NCBI GenBank assembly: GCA_963844715.1
Contig: CAWJPJ010000007.1
Coordinates: forward strand, 1,024,001 to 1,088,000
Source: an uncultured Phycisphaerales bacterium
GTDB lineage: Bacteria; Planctomycetota; Phycisphaerae; Tepidisphaerales; Tepidisphaeraceae
Reading direction: 5' to 3'
Length of the DNA: 64,000 bases
Of this stretch, positions 22,454-32,033 are shown piece by piece. The stretch's first letter is position 1. Every line of letters begins with the position of its first letter. The translations under genes were made by a program, and so were the position numbers. The notes below the pieces were generated by a model, which worked only from the letters and a program-made list of their open reading frames with translations, did not search any database and was not told the DNA's origin.

Positions 22454-24262
22454 ATGACCCGCAATCTTTTCGCCGCGATCTTTTGCGCACTTCTCCTGGC
22501 GGTCTACGCATCCACCAGTTGGCTCGCGTGGGAAAGCAAGGGACTCAGTGTTGACGAACCCCTGGGTCTTGTTGCCGCCGTACTTCAGGTCAAGCAAGCC
22601 AATTTCCGTCTCGACGCCGAAAATCCGCCTTTGTGGAAATATTATTTCGTGCTCGGCACGCCGGCCCTGAACATGGAACTCGCCCCTCCGCCCGGGGGTG
22701 ACTCGGACCCCATTCCCTCAACGGTCGGCATCGCCGCCTACGCCGTCAAGGTGATCTACCAAACTCCCGCTAACGACGCGCAAGCCCTGGTGAATCCCTG
22801 CCGCGCCCGGATGCTCTTCCTGGCGGTGCTCCTGGGCGCCGTGATTGCCTTCTGGTCGTTCAAGCTCGCCGGCCCGATCGCCGCCTGTACCGCCGCAGCC
22901 ACCTTCTGTCTCGACCCCAATTTCCTCGCCCATGGCCTCCCCATCAAAAACGATGTCCCCATGGCCCTGCTTTTCACGGCGGTCATGTTTGCCCTCTGGC
23001 GCGTGGGCCGCGCCGCCACCATTCTCAACTGCTGCGCCCTGGCTCTTCTTATCGCCGCCGCCCTCGGCACGAAGTTCAGCGGGCTCCTCGCCCTGGGCGT
23101 CGTCGCGCCCATCCTGGTCCTCCGCGCCGGGATGCCGATCGACTGGCCCGTCCTCAAATACACCGCCCGAACCTTTCGCGCCAAACTCCTCGCCGCCGCC
23201 TCAATTATTATCCTTGCCCTCTTTGTCTCATGGATTTCCATCTGGGCCAGCTACGATTTTCGCTTCGCTCCCCCAGGCGGCACCGATTCCGATTTCCACG
23301 ACGCACTATCCGTCTATGGCGCGTCTCACACCCCGGTCGGCGACAACGTCACCCTCGATTCGCCTCAGGACCAACTCATCAAGCTCGTTGCCCGCTGGAA
23401 GCCCGATCGCGCCGAGCGAGTTGTTCTTTGGCTGAATGCCCATCGCCTCTTCCCGCAGTCTTATCTGACGGGCTATCTCCTGGCCGCCTCCGACAACGCG
23501 GGCCGCTCCTCGTTCCTGGACGGTCACGTCAGTCTGAACGGGTGGTGGTACTACTTTCCTCTGGCGATGCTCTTCAAGACGCCGCTGGCGACCCTCATCG
23601 CTCTCGCCCTCGCCGTCGTCATCTGCTTCGTCGTTCCGCGAAAGCTCGACCGCTGGCTTCTTTACGTCCTCGTGTTCCCGCCTCTTATTTACATGCTCGC
23701 GGCGATGAAATCCGGCATGAACATCGGCATCCGACACATCCTTCCCGTCTACCCCTTCCTATTCATTTTCCTCGGCATTGCCGCTGCCCGCGCATTCCAA
23801 AAATTCGGAAAATACGCGGTTGCCGTCCTGGCCGTTCTTTTGCTCGGACTCGCCGCGGAAACCTTCGCGGCTTTCCCCGATTTTATCCCCTTCTTCAACG
23901 CCGCTGTGGGCGGGGCTCGCGGTGGAGCCCGGCTGCTCAGCGACTCGAACATCGACTGGGGGCAGGAACTGCCCAATATCGCCCGATGGCAACGCGCCCA
24001 TCCGCAATACCAACTCATGCTCAGCTTCTTCGGCTGCGCGGACCCGCGCTACTACGGCATCCGCTACGTCGATCTCCCCGGCAGCTTCGCCCCGGTTGAT
24101 CAACCACGTGACCCCACTCGAACACCCTATTGGGCCGTCAGCGTCATCGCCCTCCACGGCGAATATCTCTTCGCCGGTCCCCGTGCCTACTACGAACCCT
24201 TCCGCCACCGCCAGCCGAAGCAAATCCTCGGCGGGTGCATCTATCTCTACGACTCCCGGTAG
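22454..24262 (+). CDS. GT-C fold glycosyltransferase, copy 5 (intact, 602 aa)
   Basis: SVDEPLG, AENPPLWK, DPNFLAHG, TKFSG, GIRHILP, DSNIDWGQ, DPRYYG. Confidence 0.88.
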   Translation: MTRNLFAAIFCALLLAVYASTSWLAWESKGLSVDEPLGLVAAVLQVKQANFRLDAENPPLWKYYFVLGTPALNMELAPPPGGDSDPIPSTVGIAAYAVKVIYQTPANDAQALVNPCRARMLFLAVLLGAVIAFWSFKLAGPIAACTAAATFCLDPNFLAHGLPIKNDVPMALLFTAVMFALWRVGRAATILNCCALALLIAAALGTKFSGLLALGVVAPILVLRAGMPIDWPVLKYTARTFRAKLLAAASIIILALFVSWISIWASYDFRFAPPGGTDSDFHDALSVYGASHTPVGDNVTLDSPQDQLIKLVARWKPDRAERVVLWLNAHRLFPQSYLTGYLLAASDNAGRSSFLDGHVSLNGWWYYFPLAMLFKTPLATLIALALAVVICFVVPRKLDRWLLYVLVFPPLIYMLAAMKSGMNIGIRHILPVYPFLFIFLGIAAARAFQKFGKYAVAVLAVLLLGLAAETFAAFPDFIPFFNAAVGGARGGARLLSDSNIDWGQELPNIARWQRAHPQYQLMLSFFGCADPRYYGIRYVDLPGSFAPVDQPRDPTRTPYWAVSVIALHGEYLFAGPRAYYEPFRHRQPKQILGGCIYLYDSR

Positions 24263-24278
24263 ATTCCCGCCCTGTTCC

Positions 24279-24307
24279 TTGTTCCATCTCCTCCGCGCGT
24301 TTAGACT
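24279..24307 (+). promoter_or_regulatory. Sigma70-type promoter of GT copy 6
   Basis: TTGTTC-17 bp-TAGACT. Confidence 0.72.
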
Positions 24308-24321
24308 GCCCCAATCGCTCC

Positions 24322-26133
24322 ATGACCCGCAATCAATTCGCCGCGCTTGCCTGCCCCTTTCTGCTCGCCGCTTATGCCGTCACCAGTTGGACCGCCTGGG
24401 AACCCAAGGGGATCACCTTCGATGAACCGGTCCACTTTGTCGCCGCGGCCCTTCAGACGCGCGAATCGAATTTCCGACTCGATCCCGAGAATCCGCCTCT
24501 GTGGAAATATTACCTCGCCGTGGCCAATCCCGGCATGAATCTGAAACTCGACGCTCCTCCCGGCGGCGACTCCGATCCGCTGCCCGAGGATCAAACCGTC
24601 CTCGACTATGCGACGACTGCGCTTTACCGCACCCCCGGAAACGCCGCGGGGCGCTGATTAACTCGGGTCGTGCCCGCATGCTCCCCCTTGCCGTGCTTTT
24701 GGGCGGACTGATCGCTTGGTGGTCCTGGCGACTGGGCGGCGCGATCGCCGCCATTGCCGCCACCGCCGTCTATTCCCTCGATCCCAATTTTCTCGCTCAC
24801 GGCCTCCTCATCAAAAACGACGTACCCGTGACTCTGTTGGTCGTTGCCCTGATGTACGCCGTGTGGCGCCACCGGCCAACGCGCAACCATTCTCAATTGC
24901 CTCGCGATCGGGCTTTTCCTCGCCGCCGCGATCTGCACAAAATTCTCCGGGGTCCTCGCTATTCCTCTTCTGGGCGCCTGTCTTTTCATCCGCGCACTCA
25001 TTCCGACTCCATGGCCGATCCTTCGCCGCACCGCCAAATCGTTCGCCCTGCGCCTCCTTGGCGCAATAGCCATCGGCCTTTTCGCGCTGCTTTTTTCCTG
25101 GCTCTTCATCTGGGCCAATTACGAATTCCGTTACGAACCATCCCGCGGAATGGTGACGACCGACATCGACCACGCCACGCAAATTTACGCCACTACCGAT
25201 ACCGTCGTCCGTTTTAACATCCAGATCGATACTCCGCCCGACGAATTTCACCGTGACATCGCCCTCTGGAAACCGGATCAATTCATTCAATCCATCCGAT
25301 GGGTCGATGCACATCATTTGTTTCCCCAATCGTTTCTCGTGGGTTTCATCTACGCGGCGTCATTTACCAAAGCCCACGCCGCGTTCCTGCTGGGAAAGGT
25401 TGCCTTTCGCGGCTGGTGGTATTACTTCCCCCTCGCTATCGCATTCAAAACCCCGCTCGCAACGCTTCTCGCCCTGGCCCTCGCCATCGGAATGCGTTTC
25501 GCCCTCCCACCCCCGCGCGATCTCTGGCTTCTCACCGTCCTGGTCCTCCCCCCAATCGTCTTCATGGCCTCGATGATGCACTCCGCCCTCGACGTCGGCA
25601 TCCGCCATCTCTTTCCCATCTACCCGTTCCTCTACGTTTTCCTCGGCGTCACCGCCGCCCGGGCGACCGCCAAATTCGGTAAACCCGCGATTGTCATCCT
25701 TGCCCTTCTTTTCCTCGGCCTGGCTGTCGAAACCTACGCCGCGTTTCCCGATTTTATTCCTTTCTTCAATGTCGCCTGCGGAGGCTCGCGCGGCGGCGCT
25801 CGCCTCTTGAGCGACTCCAACATCGACTGGGGCCAGGAACTCCCCGATCTGGCCAAGTGGCAGGCCAACAACACCGACTACCAACTCATCCTCTTCTATT
25901 TCGGCTCCGGCGACCCGCGCTACTATGGCATCCATTACGGAAACCTCCCCGGCAGCTTCGCGCCCCCAGACCAACTTTCTCCCACAGGGCAACGCCAGTA
26001 TTACGCCGTAAGCGTCGTGGGACTCCAACTCGGCCCCTACCTAAGCGGCACCGGCGGCCAAATCTTCGACCCCCTAAGAAAAAAAGACCCCGCCAAAATT
26101 CTCGGCGGCGCCCTATACCTCTACGCCCCATAG
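24322..26133 (+). CDS. GT-C fold glycosyltransferase, copy 6 (frameshifted)
   Basis: TFDEPVH, PENPPLWK, DPNFLAHGLLIKNDV, DSNIDWGQ. Confidence 0.83.
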
Positions 26134-26213
26134 TGAGGGACTTGCTGCCTCCCCGGCTTCTTCCTCATTTCCCTTTTTCCAACGCACTCTTTAACTTAAA
26201 CTCCCCCTCCTGG

Positions 26214-27302
26214 ATGCAATCCGAACGCTCCCAAAACCTGGTCTCGGGGACCGGCGCCGCCCGCCCCTCGCTCGGCGGCACGCGCGAGCAGTTCTCGGCC
26301 GAGGAATTGGCCGTCGTTCTTTCCAACTTCGACATCGGCACCGTTGAATCCGTCGTCGAATTCCCCCGCGGCTCCCGAAAAGCCCCCAAGCTCCTCATCG
26401 TCAGCGAGCAAGGCAAATTCCTCCTCAAACGAAGAGCCCGCGGACGTGATGACCCCTTCAAGGTCGCCTTCACCCATTCCCTTCAGCTCTATCTCGCGGC
26501 CAAGCAGTTCCCGCTCCCGCATCTGATCGGAACCAAGAAGGACAACAACTCGATGCTCCAATGGCGCAACGGCGTCTACGAGCTTTTCGAGTACATCCCC
26601 GGCCAGGCCTTTCCCCAAACCCTCGAGGCCACCTTCGACGCCGGCCGCGTCCTGGGGCTGTTCCATAAGCTCCTCGAGGATTTCAAATCCGAGTGGCAAC
26701 CCCCCAGCGGCAGCTATCATGCCGCCGGCGCCGTCGAGCAGGGCCTGCGATCCATTGGCAACAATATCCCCGCCGGCGAGGAAAACACCGCCCTTCAGCA
26801 GGTCGTCCAATTCCTTTCCTCGAGCTACCGCAAGGGAGCCGAAAAGGTGCAGTCCGCCGGCATCGACAACTGGCCCAAGCAAATCGTCCACGCCGACTGG
26901 CACCCAGGAAACATGCTCTTCCGCGACAACCACGTCGTCGCGGTCCTCGATTACGACAGCGGCCGACTCCTCCCCCGCATCATCGATATCGCCAATGGCG
27001 CCCTCCAATTCTCCATCATCGGCGGCGACGAAGACGTCTCCAAATGGCCCGAATACATCGACGAAACTCGTTATAAACGCTTCCTCCGCGGCTACGACGA
27101 AGTCATGCTCCTCTCCCAGGCCGAAATCCGCACCCTTCCCCCGTTGATGATCGAAGCCCTCATCGCGGAAGCCGTTTTCCCCATCGCCGCCACCGGCTCT
27201 TTCGGTAAAGTGGACGGCATGCCCTTCTTGCAAATGGTGCAAAGAAAAATCGCCTGGCTGCAAAAAAGCTACGATCACCTCGTCGAAGTCGCCGAAGGAT
27301 AA
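26214..27302 (+). CDS. APH / homoserine kinase type II-family phosphotransferase
   Basis: FLLKRR, HADWHPGNMLF (Brenner motif), VLDYD. Confidence 0.82.
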   Translation: MQSERSQNLVSGTGAARPSLGGTREQFSAEELAVVLSNFDIGTVESVVEFPRGSRKAPKLLIVSEQGKFLLKRRARGRDDPFKVAFTHSLQLYLAAKQFPLPHLIGTKKDNNSMLQWRNGVYELFEYIPGQAFPQTLEATFDAGRVLGLFHKLLEDFKSEWQPPSGSYHAAGAVEQGLRSIGNNIPAGEENTALQQVVQFLSSSYRKGAEKVQSAGIDNWPKQIVHADWHPGNMLFRDNHVVAVLDYDSGRLLPRIIDIANGALQFSIIGGDEDVSKWPEYIDETRYKRFLRGYDEVMLLSQAEIRTLPPLMIEALIAEAVFPIAATGSFGKVDGMPFLQMVQRKIAWLQKSYDHLVEVAEG

Positions 27303-27319
27303 TGGGGTAATAGAGGGGT

Positions 27320-27716
27320 AATGACGAAATTCGAATGACGAATGACGAATCAATTTTCGAATGTCCGAATGACCGAATGACGTTTCGCTCATTCGGTCAT
27401 TCGTCATTACCACATGAAATCACGTCCTATGGCCGTGCGACCCTGTATGGCTCTGCCGCTCCAGAAATTTATCCCCTCTCCCCATGTACCCATGGGGAGA
27501 GGGCTAGGGTGAGGGGCGATTTTCGATCGTCGAGTGCCGCCCCTCACCCTAGCCCTCTCCCCGGAGTACCGGGGCGAGGGGACAGATGCGCGAGGCGCCG
27601 ACAAAAGTCCGAGCGTCGAAAACCCCCACGCCCCCTTCGAGGGGGCCACCTGAAGCCACCCCCTATGGGGGTGGAGCGTTCACTCATTCGTCATTTGTCA
27701 TTTATCATTCGTCATT
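27320..27716. repeat. Heptamer (GAATGAC) inverted-repeat element enclosing GC-rich REP-like hairpins
   Basis: Left 31 nt and right 20 nt are identical to the element at 40773-40893; internal CCCTCTCCCC / AGGGTGAGGGG palindromes at ~27472-27583. Confidence 0.8.
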
Positions 27717-28451
27717 CCGCAGCAGCTTGCATTCTGGTCCTTCTCGCGACCCTCCTTATTCCAAGCCTAAAGCTTCTCGCGGACGCCTCGCCTTCCACAC
27801 CTTCCACGCAGCCCGACCTTACTCAATATCGTCAGTGGATCACTCAGCTCGCCGACGCCGATCCCGAAGTGCGAGCAACCGCCTCTCAGAATCTCATGGG
27901 GCTAACCCGGAATGATCTTCCCGAACTTCGTCAGGACGTCCTCAGTCTGCAACCGCTTCTCCCCGTTCAGGCGGATGCCTTGCATGACATCGTTCGGCAG
28001 GTCTATCTCTCCTCCGAGCCCTATCCTCCTCTTCCCCGAGAAGGCTTCCTTGGCGTGAGTTATGAGGCGACCAGAATCGGCGATACTCCCGGCCTGTTGG
28101 TGGCCCAGCGCATTCCGGGATTTGAGGGGTTTCGAATTTTGCCGCAATGGTGATGTCATCGTGAAAATACTGGACATCCCCAATCCGCACTCGCAAAATT
28201 CGCTCGACCTCAAATCCGTCGTGCAAGCCCTCGGTCCCGGCAGTTCAATCGGACTGGAAATCCTTCGCGACGGACGATCGATTGATGTTTCCATCCGCCT
28301 GGCGGCGCGTCCCAGGGACTTGCCGGACTTTGGCTTGGACGGCTCGATCTGGTTCATGGTCCGCGCCCGGAATGCCGAAAAGTATTGGAAGTCCAACTTT
28401 TCCTTCCTGGATCACGATGCTGCCGCCACAGAAGCGGCCTCTAGCCCATGA
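27665..28451 (+). CDS. Exported PDZ-domain protein with a HEAT-like helix (frameshift near 28140)
   Basis: Signal-like N-terminus, QLADADPEVRATA, GFLGV, GDVIVKI, LEILRDG. Confidence 0.65.
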
Positions 28452-29444
28452 TCGACCTCTATCGCCCCCTCATCGATCGTCTTTCAAAGAGCCGCCGCGT
28501 GCTCATCACCACGCACGTGCGCCCGGACGGCGACGCCCTTGGCACGTCGGCCGCGATGAGCCTCGCCCTCCGCGCCAAAAACATCGATAGCTACGTGCTG
28601 CTCCTCAGCCGCATGCCCGACAAATACGCCTTCATTTTCCGCGATCACAAAATCGATCACTGCAATCTTGAAGCGAATTGCTCCGATCTCAAGTTCGAGA
28701 ATTTCGATTCCCTCCTCGTCGTCGACACCGGCACCTGGTCCCAGCTCCCCGGCCTGAAGGACCGCCTCAACGGCTTCCCCGGCCCGCGCCTTGTCATGGA
28801 TCATCATCTCACCCAGGAAGATTGGGCCGACGTAAAGCTCGTCGATCCCAAGGCCGCCGCGGCCGGTGAAATCGCCGCCGAGTTGCTGAAGCATTGGCAA
28901 ATCCCGTACGACCCGCCCATCGCCACGGCATTATTTCTCGCCCTAGCAAGCGACACCGGGTGGTTCCAGTTCAGCAATACAACCCCCCACACGCTGCGCC
29001 TGGCCGCCGATCTCATGGAAGCCGGCGTGCAGACCGATCGCATCTATCGTCTGCTCTATCAGAACGAGCGCATTCAGCGCCTAGAGCTTCAAACCCTCGC
29101 CCAGCAATCGCTGGAACTGTTCAAGGACAATCGCTTGGCCGTCATGACTCTCCGCCGCGCCGATTTTGAAAAATGCGGCGCCGATATGACCGACACGGAA
29201 AATCTCATCAACATTCCTCTACAGGTCCAGAGCGTCGAAGCCGCCATGCTAATCGTCGAGCCGCTGGATTCCGGCCCCATCCGAATCAGCCTCCGCAGTA
29301 AAAATCATATCGACGTCGCCAAATTCGCCGAACAATTCGGCGGCGGCGGCCACGCCCGCGCCGCCGGCCTGAAAATCCCCGGCCAAATCGAAGAAGTAAG
29401 AAAAAAAAATCGTCGATTCCCTTCTCTCCGACATGTCACATTGA
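28448..29444 (+). CDS. nrnA: DHH/DHHA1 phosphoesterase (NrnA-like)
   Basis: THVRPDGDA, VVD, MDHH, SDTG.F, GGGGHARAAG; the end probably shifts at the A-run 29401-29409. Confidence 0.87.
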
Positions 29445-29451
29445 ACAGCGC

Positions 29452-29556
29452 TGGCACAGAGAGCACAGAGAGCACAGAGGACACGGAGAAAGGCCAAATC
29501 TGAGTTTTAAATCTCAATTTTGAATTCTCTCTGTGTCCTCTGTGTCCTCTGTGCCA
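29452..29556. repeat. 9-mer (CACAGAGAG/CACAGAGGA) tandem units in inverted arrangement
   Basis: TGGCACAGAG...CTCTGTGCCA ends with 3-4 units per arm and an AT-rich spacer. Confidence 0.8.
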
Positions 29557-29618
29557 AAGCTTTTGCTTTTCTGCGACTACCCCATTACGATTTCGCCTCC
29601 AATTTTCAAAGGATTTCC

Positions 29619-30638
29619 ATGCCCGCTCCCCTGAAAATGATCTACGAACAGGACGCCCCCCTCGACGCCTTGAAAGGCAAAACCGTCGCCATCCTCGGCT
29701 TCGGGTCCCAGGGGCATGCCCATGGCCTGAACCTGCGCGACTCCGGCGTCAAAGTCATCGTCGCCAATCGCAAGGATTCCCCCAACGGCAAGCTCGCCAT
29801 TCAGCACGGCTTCGATCCGATGTCCGTCGAGGATGCCGTCAAGGCTGCCGATCTGGTCATCGTCACCCTCCCCGACGAAGTGCAGCCCGGCGTTTACGCC
29901 AAAAGCATCGCCCCGCACCTCAAAGCCGGCAAAGCCTTCGGTGCGACCCACGGCTTCAACATCCATTTCAAAACCATCGTCCCCCCCAAGGATGTCGACA
30001 TCGTCATGGTCGCCCCCAAAGGTCCCGGTCATCTCGTCCGCAGCGAATTCGAAAAAGGCGGCGGCGTCCCCTGTCTCCTGGCCGTCCATCAAAACGCCTC
30101 CGGGAAAGGCCGCGACATCGCGCTGGCCTGGGCCCGAGGCATCGGCGGCGCCCGCTCAGGCGTCATCGAAACCTCCTTCAAGGACGAATGCGAAACCGAT
30201 CTCTTCGGTGAGCAAGCCGTTCTCTGCGGCGGTCTCTCCGCCCTTATCAAGGCGGGATTCGAAACGCTCACCGAAGCCGGCTATCCCCCCGAAATGGCCT
30301 ACTTCGAATGCGTCCACGAAGTGAAGCTCATCGTCGATCTCATCTACCAGGGCGGCCTCGATTACATGCGCTACAGCATCAGCAACACCGCCGAGTACGG
30401 CGATCTCACCCGCGGCCCCCGCATCATCACGCCCGCCGTCAAAGCCGAAATGAAAAAAATCCTCGGCGAAATCACCTCCGGTCAATTCGCCAAGGAATGG
30501 CGCGACGAATACGAAACCGGCATGAAAAATTTCAAACGCCTCTACGAACAAGACAACAATCACCCGGTCGAAGTCACCGGCCGGCGCCTAAGAAAAATGA
30601 TGCCCTGGCTAAAAGCCAAAGAACCCCCCAAGTCCTAA
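29619..30638 (+). CDS. ilvC: Ketol-acid reductoisomerase
   Basis: [41 protein letters not shown]. Confidence 0.96.
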   Translation: MPAPLKMIYEQDAPLDALKGKTVAILGFGSQGHAHGLNLRDSGVKVIVANRKDSPNGKLAIQHGFDPMSVEDAVKAADLVIVTLPDEVQPGVYAKSIAPHLKAGKAFGATHGFNIHFKTIVPPKDVDIVMVAPKGPGHLVRSEFEKGGGVPCLLAVHQNASGKGRDIALAWARGIGGARSGVIETSFKDECETDLFGEQAVLCGGLSALIKAGFETLTEAGYPPEMAYFECVHEVKLIVDLIYQGGLDYMRYSISNTAEYGDLTRGPRIITPAVKAEMKKILGEITSGQFAKEWRDEYETGMKNFKRLYEQDNNHPVEVTGRRLRKMMPWLKAKEPPKS

Positions 30639-30650
30639 TCGATTGCGAAG

Positions 30651-30672
30651 CCGGGGGTGCTTGCACCCCCGG
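30651..30672. terminator. Perfect hairpin between convergent genes
   Basis: CCGGGGGTGC-TT-GCACCCCCGG; no U-tract. Confidence 0.5.
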
Positions 30673-30678
30673 ATCCCT

Positions 30679-31315
30679 TCACAACTTGATAATCACCGCC
30701 TGCCCCGTGGGAAAATAGACCGGCCGCTCCGGTTTTTCCCGGAAAAAGTCATCCACCGCCTTTTTCGCCCCCGGACACGAGGGGAAACCGTAATCGTCGA
30801 ATACGATGATTCCCGCCCGATTCATTCGCGGATAAAAAAACTCACAGCAAGCCAGCACCGATGAATAAATATCCACGTCCACATGGACCAGCGCGGAACC
30901 GTCTCCCCTCGATCGCTTCCGCCGTCGCGGGAAACAGCCCTGGATAGATCTTTGCGTTAGGCATATCGGACAAAAACTGTCTCACCGATTCAACCGACGT
31001 GTCCGCGAACTCCCCTGTTTTGTGCCAGTCTTTTTTCGGATCGACGGTCGGCAATCCTTCAAACGTATCGAAGAGGTCAACAATTTTGCCCGATTTGCGC
31101 AACACCGCCGCCAATAGCCGCGCCGTTCCTCCCCGATAGACGCCCACTTCTGCCGCGCCGCCCTCCAGTTTCTCCACGGCCAGGGCGAATTGATAAAGCA
31201 GATACATTCGCCCCGGATCCACCAGACTTCGCGTCTTCGCCTGCGCCAGGAGTGTTCGAAACATCTCGTCCGTCTCCCAGAGCTGTAGTACCCGATGATC
31301 GATCGATTCGCCCAT
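30679..31315 (-). CDS. TylF/MycF/NovP-family O-methyltransferase (frameshift near 30890)
   Basis: AEVGVYRGG, LFDTFEGLP, G.FP.T, DVDIYSS, FDDYG..CPGA..AVD. Confidence 0.88.
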
Positions 31316-31330
31316 GCCAAACAGTCTAAC

Positions 31331-31375
31331 AAAAAAAGAAGCCCCGGCGTCTCGAGTGAGAGTCCCCGGGGCTTC
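31331..31375 (-). terminator. Intrinsic terminator
   Basis: GAAGCCCCGG / CCGGGGCTTC 10-bp stem followed by T7 on the minus strand. Confidence 0.85.
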
Positions 31376-31440
31376 GATTTTAGCCGCAAGCTGCTGCAAG
31401 CAGCCGCGTTCATCGCGGGAGTCTCACCCGCGAAAGCTGC

Positions 31441-31476
31441 TTACGGCAGCTTGCTCGTACAGTCACAATAGGTCAC
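31441..31476 (-). CDS. Candidate 11-aa micro-peptide MTYCDCTSKLP
   Basis: GTG start 7 nt after GGAGG within an extended SD GGAGGTGATCC; TAA stop lies in a hairpin loop. Confidence 0.5.
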   Translation of the reverse strand: MTYCDCTSKLP

Positions 31477-31639
31477 AGGATCACCTCCATTTCTGACTTG
31501 AGCGGCACAAACGAGGCCGTCTCAAGGGCCACGCCAAGCCGTCACGGAGCCATCGCTCCGCCGCCGGGCTCTCACTCCCGGAAACGCCTTTCCGGAAACG
31601 TCAGACAAGGTCGCCAGGGAGCACTCAGGCGACCCGCCC

Positions 31640-31669
31640 ATCTTAGCCAAACCGCAGACAAATTTTCAA
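31640..31669 (-). promoter_or_regulatory. Sigma70-type promoter for the structured RNA
   Basis: TTGAAA-18 bp-TAAGAT. Confidence 0.55.
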
Positions 31670-31762
31670 TGACGCGGTTCACGCTTCGCGAGATATTTAG
31701 CGGCGCGTGCCCGGCACCATGTTCCTCTCCCCCGAGCCGCACCCCCCAGCTACAATGAGTTC

Positions 31763-31993
31763 ATGCCTCCACCCCAACTAACCCCCGACCAGATCGATCA
31801 AACCTTCCTCGAAATCCGCTGGCGCACCCTCTCCCTGGGCGCCGATCTGGATCGCCTCGACAGAGCAAGGATAAATGACCCGCGCCGCGAAAAACTGAAA
31901 CAAGCCCTGCGAATACTTTTGGAAGAAAACAGCCCCACGAGAGCCGAGAAAATCCAGCTTCTCCACAGCGACCCCCTGGCAACTGGCAACTAG
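31763..31993 (+). CDS. Small helical hypothetical protein
   Basis: 76 aa, FLEIR..LSLGADLDRLDRA; TACAAT 6 nt upstream of the ATG. Confidence 0.7.
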   Translation: MPPPQLTPDQIDQTFLEIRWRTLSLGADLDRLDRARINDPRREKLKQALRILLEENSPTRAEKIQLLHSDPLATGN

Positions 31994-32026
31994 CCGCAGG
32001 GCCGTCGCGGCGGCCAACTGGCAACT
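31976..32026. repeat. ACTGGCA heptamer repeats
   Basis: Same unit as 47399-47475. Confidence 0.55.
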
Positions 32027-32033
32027 ATTCCCC

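Larger units (their letters stand above)
31331..31635 (-). ncRNA. Candidate structured RNA or micro-ORF transcript of unknown family
   Basis: Bounded by promoter and terminator; at least 6 hairpins; contains AGAAATGGAGGTGATCC. Confidence 0.55.

Noticed and set aside
15021..26133. DGR or invertase-driven variation of the GT array
   Set aside because: No reverse transcriptase, recombinase, TR/VR pair or inverted cassette is in the window
31478..31494. GGATCACCTCC.TTTCT as the 3' end of a 16S rRNA gene
   Set aside because: No upstream 16S sequence (no AAGTCGTAACAAGG or helix 45); it reads better as an SD on the minus strand
31331..31760. tmRNA, RNase P RNA, SRP RNA, 6S RNA or tRNA identity for the structured region
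   Set aside because: No tRNA-like acceptor/CCA end, no GAGGAAAGTCC, no SRP helix-8 motif and no single long rod structure
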